Below, piece after piece: positions 42,853 to 52,200 of a DNA stretch of 64,000 nucleotides. Numbering within the stretch: the first letter of the stretch is position 1; every line of letters begins with the position of its first letter. This DNA is from Alphaproteobacteria bacterium. GTDB lineage: Bacteria > Pseudomonadota > Alphaproteobacteria > UBA828. Position numbers and translations under genes: made by a program. The DNA lies in NCBI GenBank assembly GCA_965214705.1, contig OZ243972.1, positions 224,001 to 288,000 of the forward strand, in the 5' to 3' direction. A model generated the notes under the pieces. The model ran no database searches. It saw nothing but the letters and a program-made list of their open reading frames with translations, and was not told where the DNA came from.

Positions 42853-45200
42853 CTCTCAACTACCCACTGTTGAGTCAGTTCCATGTTTGATCATGTCCAG
42901 GTCCTTCAAGGCACGGTAGGTGAGGGTGGCGTGTCGCAGGTAGACGTAGCCCTTCCAGAGCAGTTGGGTTCCCGGCAGGGGCTGCCGTTTTCGTGGATCG
43001 AAGCCGGCGAACCTGGCGACATCGATGACGAAGGTGCGGATGTCCGGGGGCTTGTCGGGCGGCGGACGGGCGCGAACCATGCCGTAGGCCATCAGCCTGA
43101 TGTAGAGGATGGCGATTTCGTCGTCCGAGACGACGTGGTTGGCCGGGGTGTCCGGCTTGTCGCGCGCGATGCGTTCGAGATCGAAGACGTGGCAGGCGGT
43201 GATGGCATCGAAGGCGACACACTTTCGCAGGTCGTCGGCGTGGTCGAGCTTTCGGTCCTCGACGCGGGTGCCGGTCTTCAGAACCTTGAAGTACTCCTCG
43301 ATGGTCCATCGGCGCTCGTACCAGGTGACGACGGTCTGGGCGGTCTCGGCGTCGGCGCTGCCCTCGGTGCTCAGCAGCAGCCAGTTGAGCGGGTCCTTGC
43401 CGGCGGGCGGGTCGGGTTCGGTCGCGGACACGACGAGCATGTCGACCGGCTCCCGGCTCTCGGCGTCGCGCGGTGGCGCCAGACTGACCCTGGCGGCGCG
43501 CAGCTCCAGCGTTGCCGTGCGCCTGGACCGCGCCCGCTTGCCGCCGCAGGCGCCGATCTCCACGGTCTTGCCGGCAAGGCGCGGGAGAGCGGCGACATGC
43601 TCCCACACGCTCTCCTCCTCGCCGCTCTCAAGGATCACCCGCCGCTGTGCCGACCGGCGCGCGCGCACCAGCAGCGCCGCGCCTTGCGATGCGGCCCTGG
43701 TGAGCAACGCCCAGATGTCGCCCTCCCGGTCGCAGACCGTGACCACCCGCGTCGCAGGGCAGGCGCGGGCCAACTCCTGCGCCCGCTCGTGCCCGCGCAG
43801 CCAGCGTTCACTCTCGATTTCCCTGTCGTCGCCGTCGCGGAAGCTCGCATCAAGGGCGAACACGCCGAGCGGCCGCCCGGCCGCGTTGAGCGCCAGACCC
43901 ACATGCGCCACCAGTCCGCACGTGCCCTTGCCGCCGCCGCCCACCCCGACGAGGCCTTCGGTCGCTTTGAGCCCGTCGTAGTTCAGCGTGGTGGTGTCCT
44001 GGATCGCGAGAACGATGTCCTCAAGCTGGCAGCGCTCCACCATCGTTGCCCGGTGCGGCTCCAGGATGTGCTCCATGCTCACCTTCCCGCTCGACAGCAG
44101 CCGGTAGGCCGCCTTGCGCTCCGGCCGGGCCGGAAAGATCGCCGGGATCGCGGCCCCCGGGCGCTCCAGCCACGCCCGTCCCATGCGCTCGATCCGATCG
44201 CGGACCCGGCCGTCAGGATGCGTGCTGCGCGCATATTCCCGCCCCGCCCAGTCCGTGTCCTCGTCCATGTGCAACGCCGGCGCCGCACGGATGTCCCGGG
44301 CCGGCTCGGCGCACAAGATGGCCTGCCAATCCGCCGCCAGCGGCTTCATCCACACCGTCCGCGCCGCCCCGGCGGCGGACCCCGGCGGCTGGCCCGAGGT
44401 GTGCTGGGAACAGCACCGCCAGCCCGCCGCCCGGTAGCAGGTGCCGGCATGCTCGGGGCCGACATAGCTGTAGGCCAGGACCGGCCGCGCCCTGTAGGCC
44501 GTCTCCCAGTCCGCCGCCACGCGCCCGGCCGCCAGCTCCAGCACCCGCGAGGCCAGACCGTGGACGCGCACGCCGGGCAGAAGCAGGAAGCGATGGTTGT
44601 TGATCAGGAGCGGCAGGTTCAAAGCCCGCGCGTCCGCCGACCAGCCGATAAAGTCGTCGCGCGCCTTCTGGTGCCAGCTCGCGGCGCAAAACCCGATGCC
44701 GCCGAGGCGGCCGTGAAGCGAGGAACGCACCCAGTAGCGCAGCTGCCCGCCCGGAGCCCGCGCCCAGCCTTGCGGGTGGTGCGTCGCAATCATCGCTTGC
44801 CACAGTTGCCGCTCGGCATCGCCGTCGACCGGCTCCAGTGTCACCGAGCCCAGATCCGCAAGCCGGCAGCGAAGCGAAAGGTCGGGGTAGGCTTCGATGG
44901 GCGCACTCTCGCGACGCCCCCGGCCGAACGCCGCCCGCGCCGCCGGCAGCGCGAGCCCGAGCTTGTCCGCCAGAACCGGCAGAGCCTTGCGCGCGGACGC
45001 AAGACAGTGCTCGCCCCGATCGCCGGTCCAGTCCTCAAGCGCGCAGAGATCGCGGGCAAGAGAACTGCGAGTGCGGCCCTCCTCCAGGACCGCCTTGCTC
45101 AACCACTCGATCGTGTCGGCGTGAAACTGGTGAAGGCCAACTTGCATGGCACGACATGTAGCCCACACCACTCATTGAGTCAACTGTGGACCGGTGTGAG
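42853..45200 (-). mobile_element. IS4-family (IS50-like) insertion sequence, 2348 bp
   Basis: 9-bp TSD CATCGGGAT (42844-42852, 45201-45209); imperfect 25-bp IRs CTCTCAACTACCCACTGTTGAGTCA vs CTCACACCGGTCCACAGTTGACTCA (18/25). Confidence 0.9.
42856..45147 (-). CDS. IS4/Tn5-type DDE transposase with N-terminal DUF4338 (DruA-like) domain
   Basis: IQDTT, CDREGD, YERRWTIEEYFKVLK (YREK); N-terminal GGQLRYWV...RDDFIGWS...NNHRFLLLPGVRVHGLASRVL...GTCYRAAGW. Confidence 0.88.
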   Translation of the reverse strand: MQVGLHQFHADTIEWLSKAVLEEGRTRSSLARDLCALEDWTGDRGEHCLASARKALPVLADKLGLALPAARAAFGRGRRESAPIEAYPDLSLRCRLADLGSVTLEPVDGDAERQLWQAMIATHHPQGWARAPGGQLRYWVRSSLHGRLGGIGFCAASWHQKARDDFIGWSADARALNLPLLINNHRFLLLPGVRVHGLASRVLELAAGRVAADWETAYRARPVLAYSYVGPEHAGTCYRAAGWRCCSQHTSGQPPGSAAGAARTVWMKPLAADWQAILCAEPARDIRAAPALHMDEDTDWAGREYARSTHPDGRVRDRIERMGRAWLERPGAAIPAIFPARPERKAAYRLLSSGKVSMEHILEPHRATMVERCQLEDIVLAIQDTTTLNYDGLKATEGLVGVGGGGKGTCGLVAHVGLALNAAGRPLGVFALDASFRDGDDREIESERWLRGHERAQELARACPATRVVTVCDREGDIWALLTRAASQGAALLVRARRSAQRRVILESGEEESVWEHVAALPRLAGKTVEIGACGGKRARSRRTATLELRAARVSLAPPRDAESREPVDMLVVSATEPDPPAGKDPLNWLLLSTEGSADAETAQTVVTWYERRWTIEEYFKVLKTGTRVEDRKLDHADDLRKCVAFDAITACHVFDLERIARDKPDTPANHVVSDDEIAILYIRLMAYGMVRARPPPDKPPDIRTFVIDVARFAGFDPRKRQPLPGTQLLWKGYVYLRHATLTYRALKDLDMIKHGTDSTVGS

Positions 45201-46491
45201 CATCGGGATACGACCGGATCGTCAATGAGCTGGACGGTCTACTGGACCGGCGGGACAGAGGAGAGCTCGCGGATGCCGGATACGTGAGCGGACTGGAGGA
45301 TCTCGTTGCGCGCCACCCCTGGTTCATCGATGGCCACGCACACCTGGGAAGCGCACTTTACCGGCAGGGCGAGACCGAAAGTGCGCTGGATGCCTGCATG
45401 CGGGGCTATTCGCTGGGCACGGAACTACTGACGCCGGACATGCAGGAGCTTGTCGAATGGAGCCACCTGGAGAACCGTCCGTTTCTGCGCGCGGCCCACG
45501 GCGCCGCTCTCTGTCATTTGCGGCTGGGCGGGCGGGGGGAAGCCATATCTGTCATGGAGCGGATCCTGCTGTGGAACCCCGACGACAATCAGGGCATCCG
45601 CTTTCTGATCGGCTCGGAATACATGCGTACGGGCCAGGAGGGCCGTGCCGAGACGTTCTTCGAGACGGAGGCGCCGGGCTATCCTCCGTACTGGTACGAG
45701 AAGGCGCTTCTGTTTCTGCGCCAGGACAGGCATGTGGCGGCGGCGACCAGCCTGCGCCGCGGGTTCGTGGAGAACGGCTACATCGCGGAGATTCTTTGCG
45801 GGAACCCCGACCCTCGCCCGATCGGGATCTGGCACGGATGGGTCTTTGCCGAGCCGGAACTGGCGAAGAAGTATGCGGATTCGTATGGCGGCCTGTGGCA
45901 CGAGACTGCGCACGCGATTTCCTTTCTGCGCTGGCTGCACATGCATCCCGTGATCATGTCCGAGCGCGCTGCCATCCTTGAGCTGAGCGAGCGTCTTCTC
46001 TGGGAGTTCGATGTCGAGCGGCGCGAGTCGATTTCGCGGATGCAGGATGAAGCATTGGCGCTGATCGACGACGAGCTGTCGGAGGAGATTGTGATCGATC
46101 GCGCCGACAGACGCGGGAGTGCGGTCTCTCCCTGGCTTTTTTCGTGAGGTTCCGGCAGACCGCGAGCCTGGGGCCGGCCGAGACAGGACGGGTTCGAGGC
46201 ACGGCAGCGTCCCGCCGACCGTCAGCAGTGCGGTTCGATTATTCCGGTCGGGAAGGTCGCGAGCGAACTGCTTGAACCGGAAGCGGAGCGCAGCGAGACG
46301 GTCTTGGCGCCGGCGCACCGGCGTGTTATCGGACCGCCTCGGCACAGGATCGGAGACCCGCACATGGCGACTTCCCAACCCGGCATGTTGTCAAGCGCGC
46401 CTTGACCCGCCGCAATGCAGCAAGATCAATGGATTTCCGCGCCGATCGGCACCGAACCTACGCGCCGAACAACAGGTGACGGGAGGCAGCA

Positions 46492-47586
46492 GTGGATAAC
46501 CTGGAAAGACTCGATTCTCTTCTTGGAGAATTCGACGAGTTGGGTCGGCATTCTGTGGGCTATCCCTGCAATCTGGATTTCGATTTCACAGCACTTCTGC
46601 CCTTCATGCAATACGCTCTCAACAACGTGGGCGATCCCTTCCACGACAGCAACTTCCAGAGCAACACACACGAGATCGAGCGCGAGGTCATCGGCATCTT
46701 CGCCGACTTGATGCACATTTCGCGCGAACAGGTGTGGGGCTATGTCACCTCGGGCGGCACCGAGGGCAACATGTACGGCCTCTATCTCGGGCGGGAACTC
46801 CATCCCGACGGCGTGGTCTATTTCTCCCAGGATACTCACTACAGCGTGGTCAAGATCATGAGCGTGCTGAAGGTGCGCAACATCATGATCAGGAGCCAGG
46901 ACAACGGCGAGATAGATTACGACGACCTCCGCGAGACGATTCGCATCAACCGGGACGTGCCCGCAATCGTGTTGGCCAACATCGGCACGACGATGAAGGG
47001 CGCGGTCGACGACGTGAGCAAGATCCGTGGCATCCTGAGCGACCTCGCGGTGACCAGGTCCTACCTGCACGCGGACGCAGCGCTCAGCGGCATGATACTG
47101 CCGTTCGTGGACGACCCGCAGCCCTATGGGTTCGATGTCGGGTTCGACAGCGTGTCCATCAGCGGACACAAGATGGTGGGCTCGCCACTGCCCTGCGGCG
47201 TCGCGCTGACCCGGCGCGAATACGTGTCGCGCATCGCGCGCGCCGTCGAGTACGTGGGCGTGCTGGACACCACGCTCACCGGCTCTCGCAACGCCATCAC
47301 GCCGCTGATGATGTGGTACGCGTTCGAGCAGAAGGGGCCGGACGGCTTCAGGCGCATCGTGAACGGATGCCTCGAGACGGCGGAATATGCGGTCACGCGC
47401 TTCAACGGCGGCGGCATCCCCGCGTGGCGCAACAGGAACTCGGTCACAGCCGTGTTTCCCAGGCCGCCGGCGGATGTCGTGCGCAAGTGGCAGCTCGCGC
47501 CCTACGAGGACATCGCGCACCTCATCGCCATGCCGCACGTAACGCGCGAGACCATCGACGCCGTGGTGGACGACTGCGTGGGGTAA
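46492..47586 (+). CDS. hdc: PLP-dependent group II decarboxylase, histidine/serine decarboxylase clade
   Basis: GYPCNLDFD, NNVGDPF, WGYVTSGGTEGNMYG, DTHYS, IGTTMKGAVDD, HADAALSG, SISGHKMVGSP, GSRN. Confidence 0.85.
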   Translation: MDNLERLDSLLGEFDELGRHSVGYPCNLDFDFTALLPFMQYALNNVGDPFHDSNFQSNTHEIEREVIGIFADLMHISREQVWGYVTSGGTEGNMYGLYLGRELHPDGVVYFSQDTHYSVVKIMSVLKVRNIMIRSQDNGEIDYDDLRETIRINRDVPAIVLANIGTTMKGAVDDVSKIRGILSDLAVTRSYLHADAALSGMILPFVDDPQPYGFDVGFDSVSISGHKMVGSPLPCGVALTRREYVSRIARAVEYVGVLDTTLTGSRNAITPLMMWYAFEQKGPDGFRRIVNGCLETAEYAVTRFNGGGIPAWRNRNSVTAVFPRPPADVVRKWQLAPYEDIAHLIAMPHVTRETIDAVVDDCVG

Positions 47587-47617
47587 CAGCACTCCAAGAC
47601 GAAACGGGGACAACCGC

Positions 47618-48010
47618 ATGACCAGGATCGTCGTCATTGCAAACAACGAGGCGGGCGTTATCGCGGACATCGCCGGAGCCTTGGCCGAGCGCGACATCAA
47701 TATCGAAACCATCAGTGCAGAAGCACTCGGGGAAAAGGGCTCGATAACGCTCACCGCGGACGATCACGACGGCGCCTTGCGCGCGCTGACGGATGCGGGA
47801 TTCAAGACGGTATCCGACGAATCGCTGGTCCTGAGACTGCGCGACGAGCCGGGCGCGCTGGCCAAGCTGGCGGAGAAGTTCAAGCAGGCCGGCGTGAACA
47901 TCCGGAGCCTGCACATACTGGACCGCCGAAACGGCTACGCCACGGTCGCCATATCCGCCGACGACCGCGCCAGGGCGGAGTCGCTGGTGGAGCCGAAGAC
48001 GGCGGTGTAG
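47618..48010 (+). CDS. Tandem ACT-domain protein
   Basis: Two ACT motifs: NEAGVIADIAGALAERDINI and DEPGALAKLAEKFKQAGVNI. Confidence 0.85.
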   Translation: MTRIVVIANNEAGVIADIAGALAERDINIETISAEALGEKGSITLTADDHDGALRALTDAGFKTVSDESLVLRLRDEPGALAKLAEKFKQAGVNIRSLHILDRRNGYATVAISADDRARAESLVEPKTAV

Positions 48011-48067
48011 GAGGGAAGAGACGGGACGCAAGCTCTGTGGCGGTGAAGGCGCTCCGGTCGGCTCCCG

Positions 48068-49135
48068 CTACTCCCGGCACTCCCTGATCCATCCGTTCTC
48101 GAACACCAGGCCGTCGCAGCCGCAGAATCGGGCGATGCGGGCGAGTTCGCGCCCGATGCGCTCCAGCCGCCCCTTGCCGTGGCGCACGCGGCGCTCGGGC
48201 CAGAGCGCCCGCACGCTGAGGCGCTCACCCTCGCGCCGGCACATGTCGATACGTCCGACCTGCCGGTCGCCCTCCAGCAGCGGGAAGACGTAGTAGCCGT
48301 ATTCGCGCTTACCGCTTATGCACAATGCTCCGGTGAAACGCACATGTAGCGTCTGGCGAGCCTGGAACAGTCGACATTGGTGGCAGCATCGTGTGCCACC
48401 GGAGCCAAGTGCATAAGCGGTTCGCGCTTTTCCTCCGCCACATAGATCTCGATGCGATAGCGAAAGCCGAACAACCATTCGGCGCGCTTGCGGTCGCGCA
48501 GCAGCGGGTCGAAGGGGTTGAGCACACGCACGCCTGAGGCCGGCTCCGGCGCCCGTCCGGCCTGCTCGTATACGTCGGGACACGCGAACAGGCGGCGGGC
48601 TTCGCCGGGCCGCACACCTTCCACCGCCACCTCGACCAGTTCACCGGCGTCGCGGGCGGCACACCGGGACCGCGCCTCGTCGAGAGGGGCCGTGTCCCAG
48701 AAGGCCGCGATCTCTCGGGCGGATGCGAAGCCGAGCCCGTCGAGAGCGCTCGCGCATGCCCAATCCAGCGTTTCCCCGTCGTCCGGCACGGCAGTGCGAA
48801 AGGGGGCCGGGATCACGCGCTCGGCCAGGTCGTAAACCTTCTGGAACCCTTTGCGCCGGTCGATGGCGAGCGCGCCGGTGCGCCAGAGGAACTCCAGCGC
48901 CGTCTTCGACGGATGCCAGTCCCACCAGGCGGTTGCCTCACGCCGCCGGCCTCCGCCGAGCTCGCGCGCCATGACGGGCCCGCCCTCGCGAATGCGCTCC
49001 AGCACCTCGTCGAACCGCTCCTCGAACCCTCCCCCGCGCCATTTTCGCCAGCGCGCGCGCAGCATTTCGGCGTCGCGGCGGAACCGCAGCCGCCAATAGG
49101 GATAGAACGACATGGGGATGACCGACGCATCGTGG
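48068..49135 (-). pseudogene. AlkZ/YcaQ (HTH_42) crosslink-repair glycosylase; 5'-truncated and MITE-disrupted
   Basis: HDASVIP...WWDWHPSKTALEFLW...FQKVYDLAERVIP...PFDPLLRDR...YRIEIYV..KRE | YGYYVFPLLEGD..VGRID. Confidence 0.85.
48311..48421. mobile_element. 111-bp MITE with 25-bp IRs and 8-bp TSD
   Basis: IRs ACCGCTTATGCACAATGCTCCGGTG / ACCGCTTATGCACTTGGCTCCGGTG (22/25); TSD TCGCGCTT at 48303-48310 and 48422-48429. Confidence 0.88.
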
Positions 49136-49308
49136 GCCCTTGGGGGAGCCTTCCGATGATCGCGCGGCTGCTGGGCCACTCAGAGGTGCAGACGACGGCG
49201 CGGTACGCTCACCTGACGCGGGAGGCGATGAACGCGTCTGCGGCGCGGGTCTCGGCCAGCATCGGCGAGGATATCCTTCGCAGCGGCGCCCGGCCTTCAA
49301 CTCCCTGA
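49136..49308 (+). pseudogene. C-terminal remnant of a tyrosine integrase
   Basis: SLPMIARLLGHSEVQTTARYAHL...IGEDIL (box II H and Y) with no upstream part. Confidence 0.8.
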
Positions 49309-49339
49309 GCGGCGGCGATTGCGGGGCCGCGCCCGCTCG

Positions 49340-51562
49340 TCACGACGCTCGCCGAGCGTCGGAACGAGCCGGGCGGCGGCCGAGCCATTCGTCGAGCTTC
49401 GACCAGCGCCGCCGGCCCGAGACGTTGCGCACCGCGATCGCCACCGCCTTCTTCTGGCCCACCAGCACCACCAGCCGCTTGCCCCGCGTGACCCCGGTGT
49501 AGAGTAGGTTGCGCCGCAGCATCGCGTAGTGCTGCGTCAGCACCGGGATGACCACGGCCGGGTACTCCGAGCCCTGGCTCTTATGCACGGTCGCGGCATA
49601 GGCCGGCACCAGCGTGTCGAGCTCGCCGAAGCCGTAGGCGTGATCGCTTCCCTCGAAGCGCGCGGTCAGCTCCCCCGCCCCGGGGTCCACGTCGACGACA
49701 TGGCCGATATCGCCGTTGTAGACCTCCTTGTCGTAGTCGTTCTCGATCTGCATCACCTTGTCGCCGGGCGCGAAGGTCCAGCAGAAGCGCTCCACCTTGC
49801 GCTCGCCGGCAGGGTTGAGGGCGGACTGGAGCTCGATGTTGAGTGAGCGAGCGCCCGCGCCGCCGCGGTTCATGGGGCACAGCACCTGGATGTCGCGCAC
49901 CGGGTCGAGGCCGAAGCGCTTCGGGATGCGCGTCTTCACCAGCTCGACGATCCTCGCGGCCGCGGTCTCCGGGTCGTCGGCCGGCACGAAATAGAAGTCG
50001 CTGTGGCTGTCGGGTCGCGAGAGATCGGGGATGGCGCCCCGGTTGATGCCGTGCGCGGTCGTGACGATCCGGATTCGCGCCGCCTGGCGGAACACCTCGG
50101 TCAGCCGCACCACCGGGACCGCGCCGGATGCGATGATGTCGGCGAGAACCTGGCCCGGTCCCACCGAGGGAAGCTGGTCGACGTCGCCCACGATCAGCAG
50201 CGCGGCCTCGTCGGGCACCGCCGTCAGCAGCGCCCGCATCAGCATGACGTCCACCATCGAGATCTCGTCGACCACCAGCAGGCTGCAGTCGAGAGGGTTG
50301 TCCCCGTCGCGTTTGAACCCGCCGTGCCGGGGATCGACCTCGAGCAGGCGGTGGACGGTCTTCGCCTCCAGCCCGGTGGCCTCGCTCATCCGCTTCGCGG
50401 CGCGCCCGGTCGGCGCGCACAGGAGAAGGTCGACGCCCTTGGCGGATAGGACCCGCAGGATGGCGTTGACGATCGTCGTCTTGCCGACGCCCGGACCCCC
50501 GGTGACGACCGTGACCTTGGACGTGAGCGCCAGACGGACCGCTTCGGCCTGACCGGCCGCCAGCGTGAGCCCCGTCTTCCGCTCGACCCACGGCAGCGCC
50601 TTCTCCGCGTCGATTGCGACCCAGGGCAGCTTGCCGGCCGCGATCCTGAGAAGCCGCTCCGCGATCGCCTGTTCCGCCCGGTAGAGGCCCCCGAGGAACA
50701 CGCAGGGGGTGTCCTCCACCGTGTCCGCGACCACGGCGCCGTCGGCCAGCTCCAGATCGAGCGCAGTCCGGATCAAATCGTTGGTCACCTCCAGGAGGCG
50801 GGACGCAAGCGGCCCCAGCTCCTCCGCCGGCAGCCCGCAATGCCCCTCGTCCATCGCCTCGGCCAGCGCATACGAGATGCCCGCGCGAACGCGGACCATG
50901 GCCGTCTTCTCGATGCCGAGCTTCATCGCGATCGCATCGGCGGTCTTGAACCCGATGCCGCGGATGTCGCGGGCGAGCCGGTAAGGGTTCTCCGTCATGA
51001 CCTCGACGGCGTCGGCGCCGTAGGTCCTGAAGATCCGCACCGCACGCGCCGTGCCCACGCCGTGGCTGTGCAGGAACACCATGATCTCGCGGACGACCTT
51101 CTGCTCCGCCCAGGCGTCGGTGATGCGCTTCGCCCGGACCTTGCCGATCCCCGTCACCTCGCGCAGCCGCTCGGGCGCCGCCTCGATCACGTCGAAGACC
51201 GTCTCGCCGAACGCCCGGACCAGCTTGCCGGCGTAGACCGGGCCGATGCCCCGGATCATGCCCGAGCCCAGGTACCTCTCGATGCCCTCGACGGAGGACG
51301 GCGTGGAGGTGCGCATGAAGCGCGCCTTGAACTGATGCCCGTGGGTGCGGTCGTTGATCCACTCGCCCGAAGCCGTGATCCATTCCCCGGCACCGACCAT
51401 GGCGGCGTGGCCCACGACCGTGACCAGGTCGCGATGGCCCCGCGCCTTGGTCCGGAGCACGCAGAAGCCGTTCTCGGGGTTGTGGAAGGTGACGCGCTCG
51501 ACCAGCCCGGCCAGGACCTCGCGATCCGAAGACTGCGCTTGCGGCCGGGCTCCCCGCGTCAC
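49340..51562 (-). CDS. recD2: ATP-dependent RecD-like DNA helicase
   Basis: VERVTFHNPENGFCVL, HhH repeats GIG, ENPYRL, GGPGVGKT, APTGRAAK, VDEISM, GDVDQL, HKSQGSEY, YTGVTR; GTG start overlaps the upstream stop. Confidence 0.92.
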   Translation of the reverse strand: MTRGARPQAQSSDREVLAGLVERVTFHNPENGFCVLRTKARGHRDLVTVVGHAAMVGAGEWITASGEWINDRTHGHQFKARFMRTSTPSSVEGIERYLGSGMIRGIGPVYAGKLVRAFGETVFDVIEAAPERLREVTGIGKVRAKRITDAWAEQKVVREIMVFLHSHGVGTARAVRIFRTYGADAVEVMTENPYRLARDIRGIGFKTADAIAMKLGIEKTAMVRVRAGISYALAEAMDEGHCGLPAEELGPLASRLLEVTNDLIRTALDLELADGAVVADTVEDTPCVFLGGLYRAEQAIAERLLRIAAGKLPWVAIDAEKALPWVERKTGLTLAAGQAEAVRLALTSKVTVVTGGPGVGKTTIVNAILRVLSAKGVDLLLCAPTGRAAKRMSEATGLEAKTVHRLLEVDPRHGGFKRDGDNPLDCSLLVVDEISMVDVMLMRALLTAVPDEAALLIVGDVDQLPSVGPGQVLADIIASGAVPVVRLTEVFRQAARIRIVTTAHGINRGAIPDLSRPDSHSDFYFVPADDPETAAARIVELVKTRIPKRFGLDPVRDIQVLCPMNRGGAGARSLNIELQSALNPAGERKVERFCWTFAPGDKVMQIENDYDKEVYNGDIGHVVDVDPGAGELTARFEGSDHAYGFGELDTLVPAYAATVHKSQGSEYPAVVIPVLTQHYAMLRRNLLYTGVTRGKRLVVLVGQKKAVAIAVRNVSGRRRWSKLDEWLGRRPARSDARRAS

Positions 51563-51936
51563 GATGTCCCGAGCGCGGGAGCGAATAGCAACTCCCTGAG
51601 AAGACCCAGCTGCCGCGCCCGTTCGGCGATCGCCTTCGGATCCTCGATGCTCAACTCGGGGGCTTCCGCAGCAGCCTCTTCCTTGTCCCGCAACAGCCGC
51701 TCGAACCGGGTGAAATTGTCCTGCATCTCCTCCGCCGTGAACATGCGCCTCAGCCGCGACACGAAACCCGGCAAAGCCTGCGCGAACTCCGGGCGCTCCG
51801 CAGCCGCCTGCGCGAAGCTCACCAGCTTCTCGCCGACGATGTAGTCGAAGGCGGCCTCGACGCCGAAGCGGTGCATGACGGCCTCGGCGGCCTCGCACTG
51901 CTCCATCCAGATGTCCTGCCAGCGCCGCTCGGTCAT
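51559..51936 (-). CDS. Hypothetical helical protein translationally coupled to recD2
   Basis: MTERRWQDIWMEQCEAA...AFDYIVGEKL; AAAGG upstream; GTGA overlap with recD2. Confidence 0.65.
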   Translation of the reverse strand: MTERRWQDIWMEQCEAAEAVMHRFGVEAAFDYIVGEKLVSFAQAAAERPEFAQALPGFVSRLRRMFTAEEMQDNFTRFERLLRDKEEAAAEAPELSIEDPKAIAERARQLGLLRELLFAPALGTS

Positions 51937-52200
51937 GCGCCCGGTTCCCTTTCGACGGTGCCGTCCCACGCGGTCCATGGAACGCTGCTTCCGCTTCGAA
52001 AGCCAATCGATTCTTCCGCTCATTCTGAGGCGTCGCTGCGCGCCCGGCAACGACCTGCCTCGCGCCCTCGCCAGCGGCCCGGCCCGGCGCGGCCTTTTCG
52101 CCGCCGGCACAAGAATGCCCCTTGTTCCCCATGCCGCGCATGCCATGATCGACCGGCGGCCCCACAGGGGAAATAGCCCACAGAAGAAAGGAGCGCGTCG

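Larger units (their letters stand above)
42795..46147 (+). pseudogene. TPR-like protein gene split by the IS4 element (segments 42795-42852 and 45210-46147)
   Basis: Removing the IS and one TSD gives MTVELDLREDTAIFRYPSGYDRIVNELDGLLDRR...GYVSGLEDLVARHPWFIDGHAHLG, in frame with ORF 45284-46147. Confidence 0.8.
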
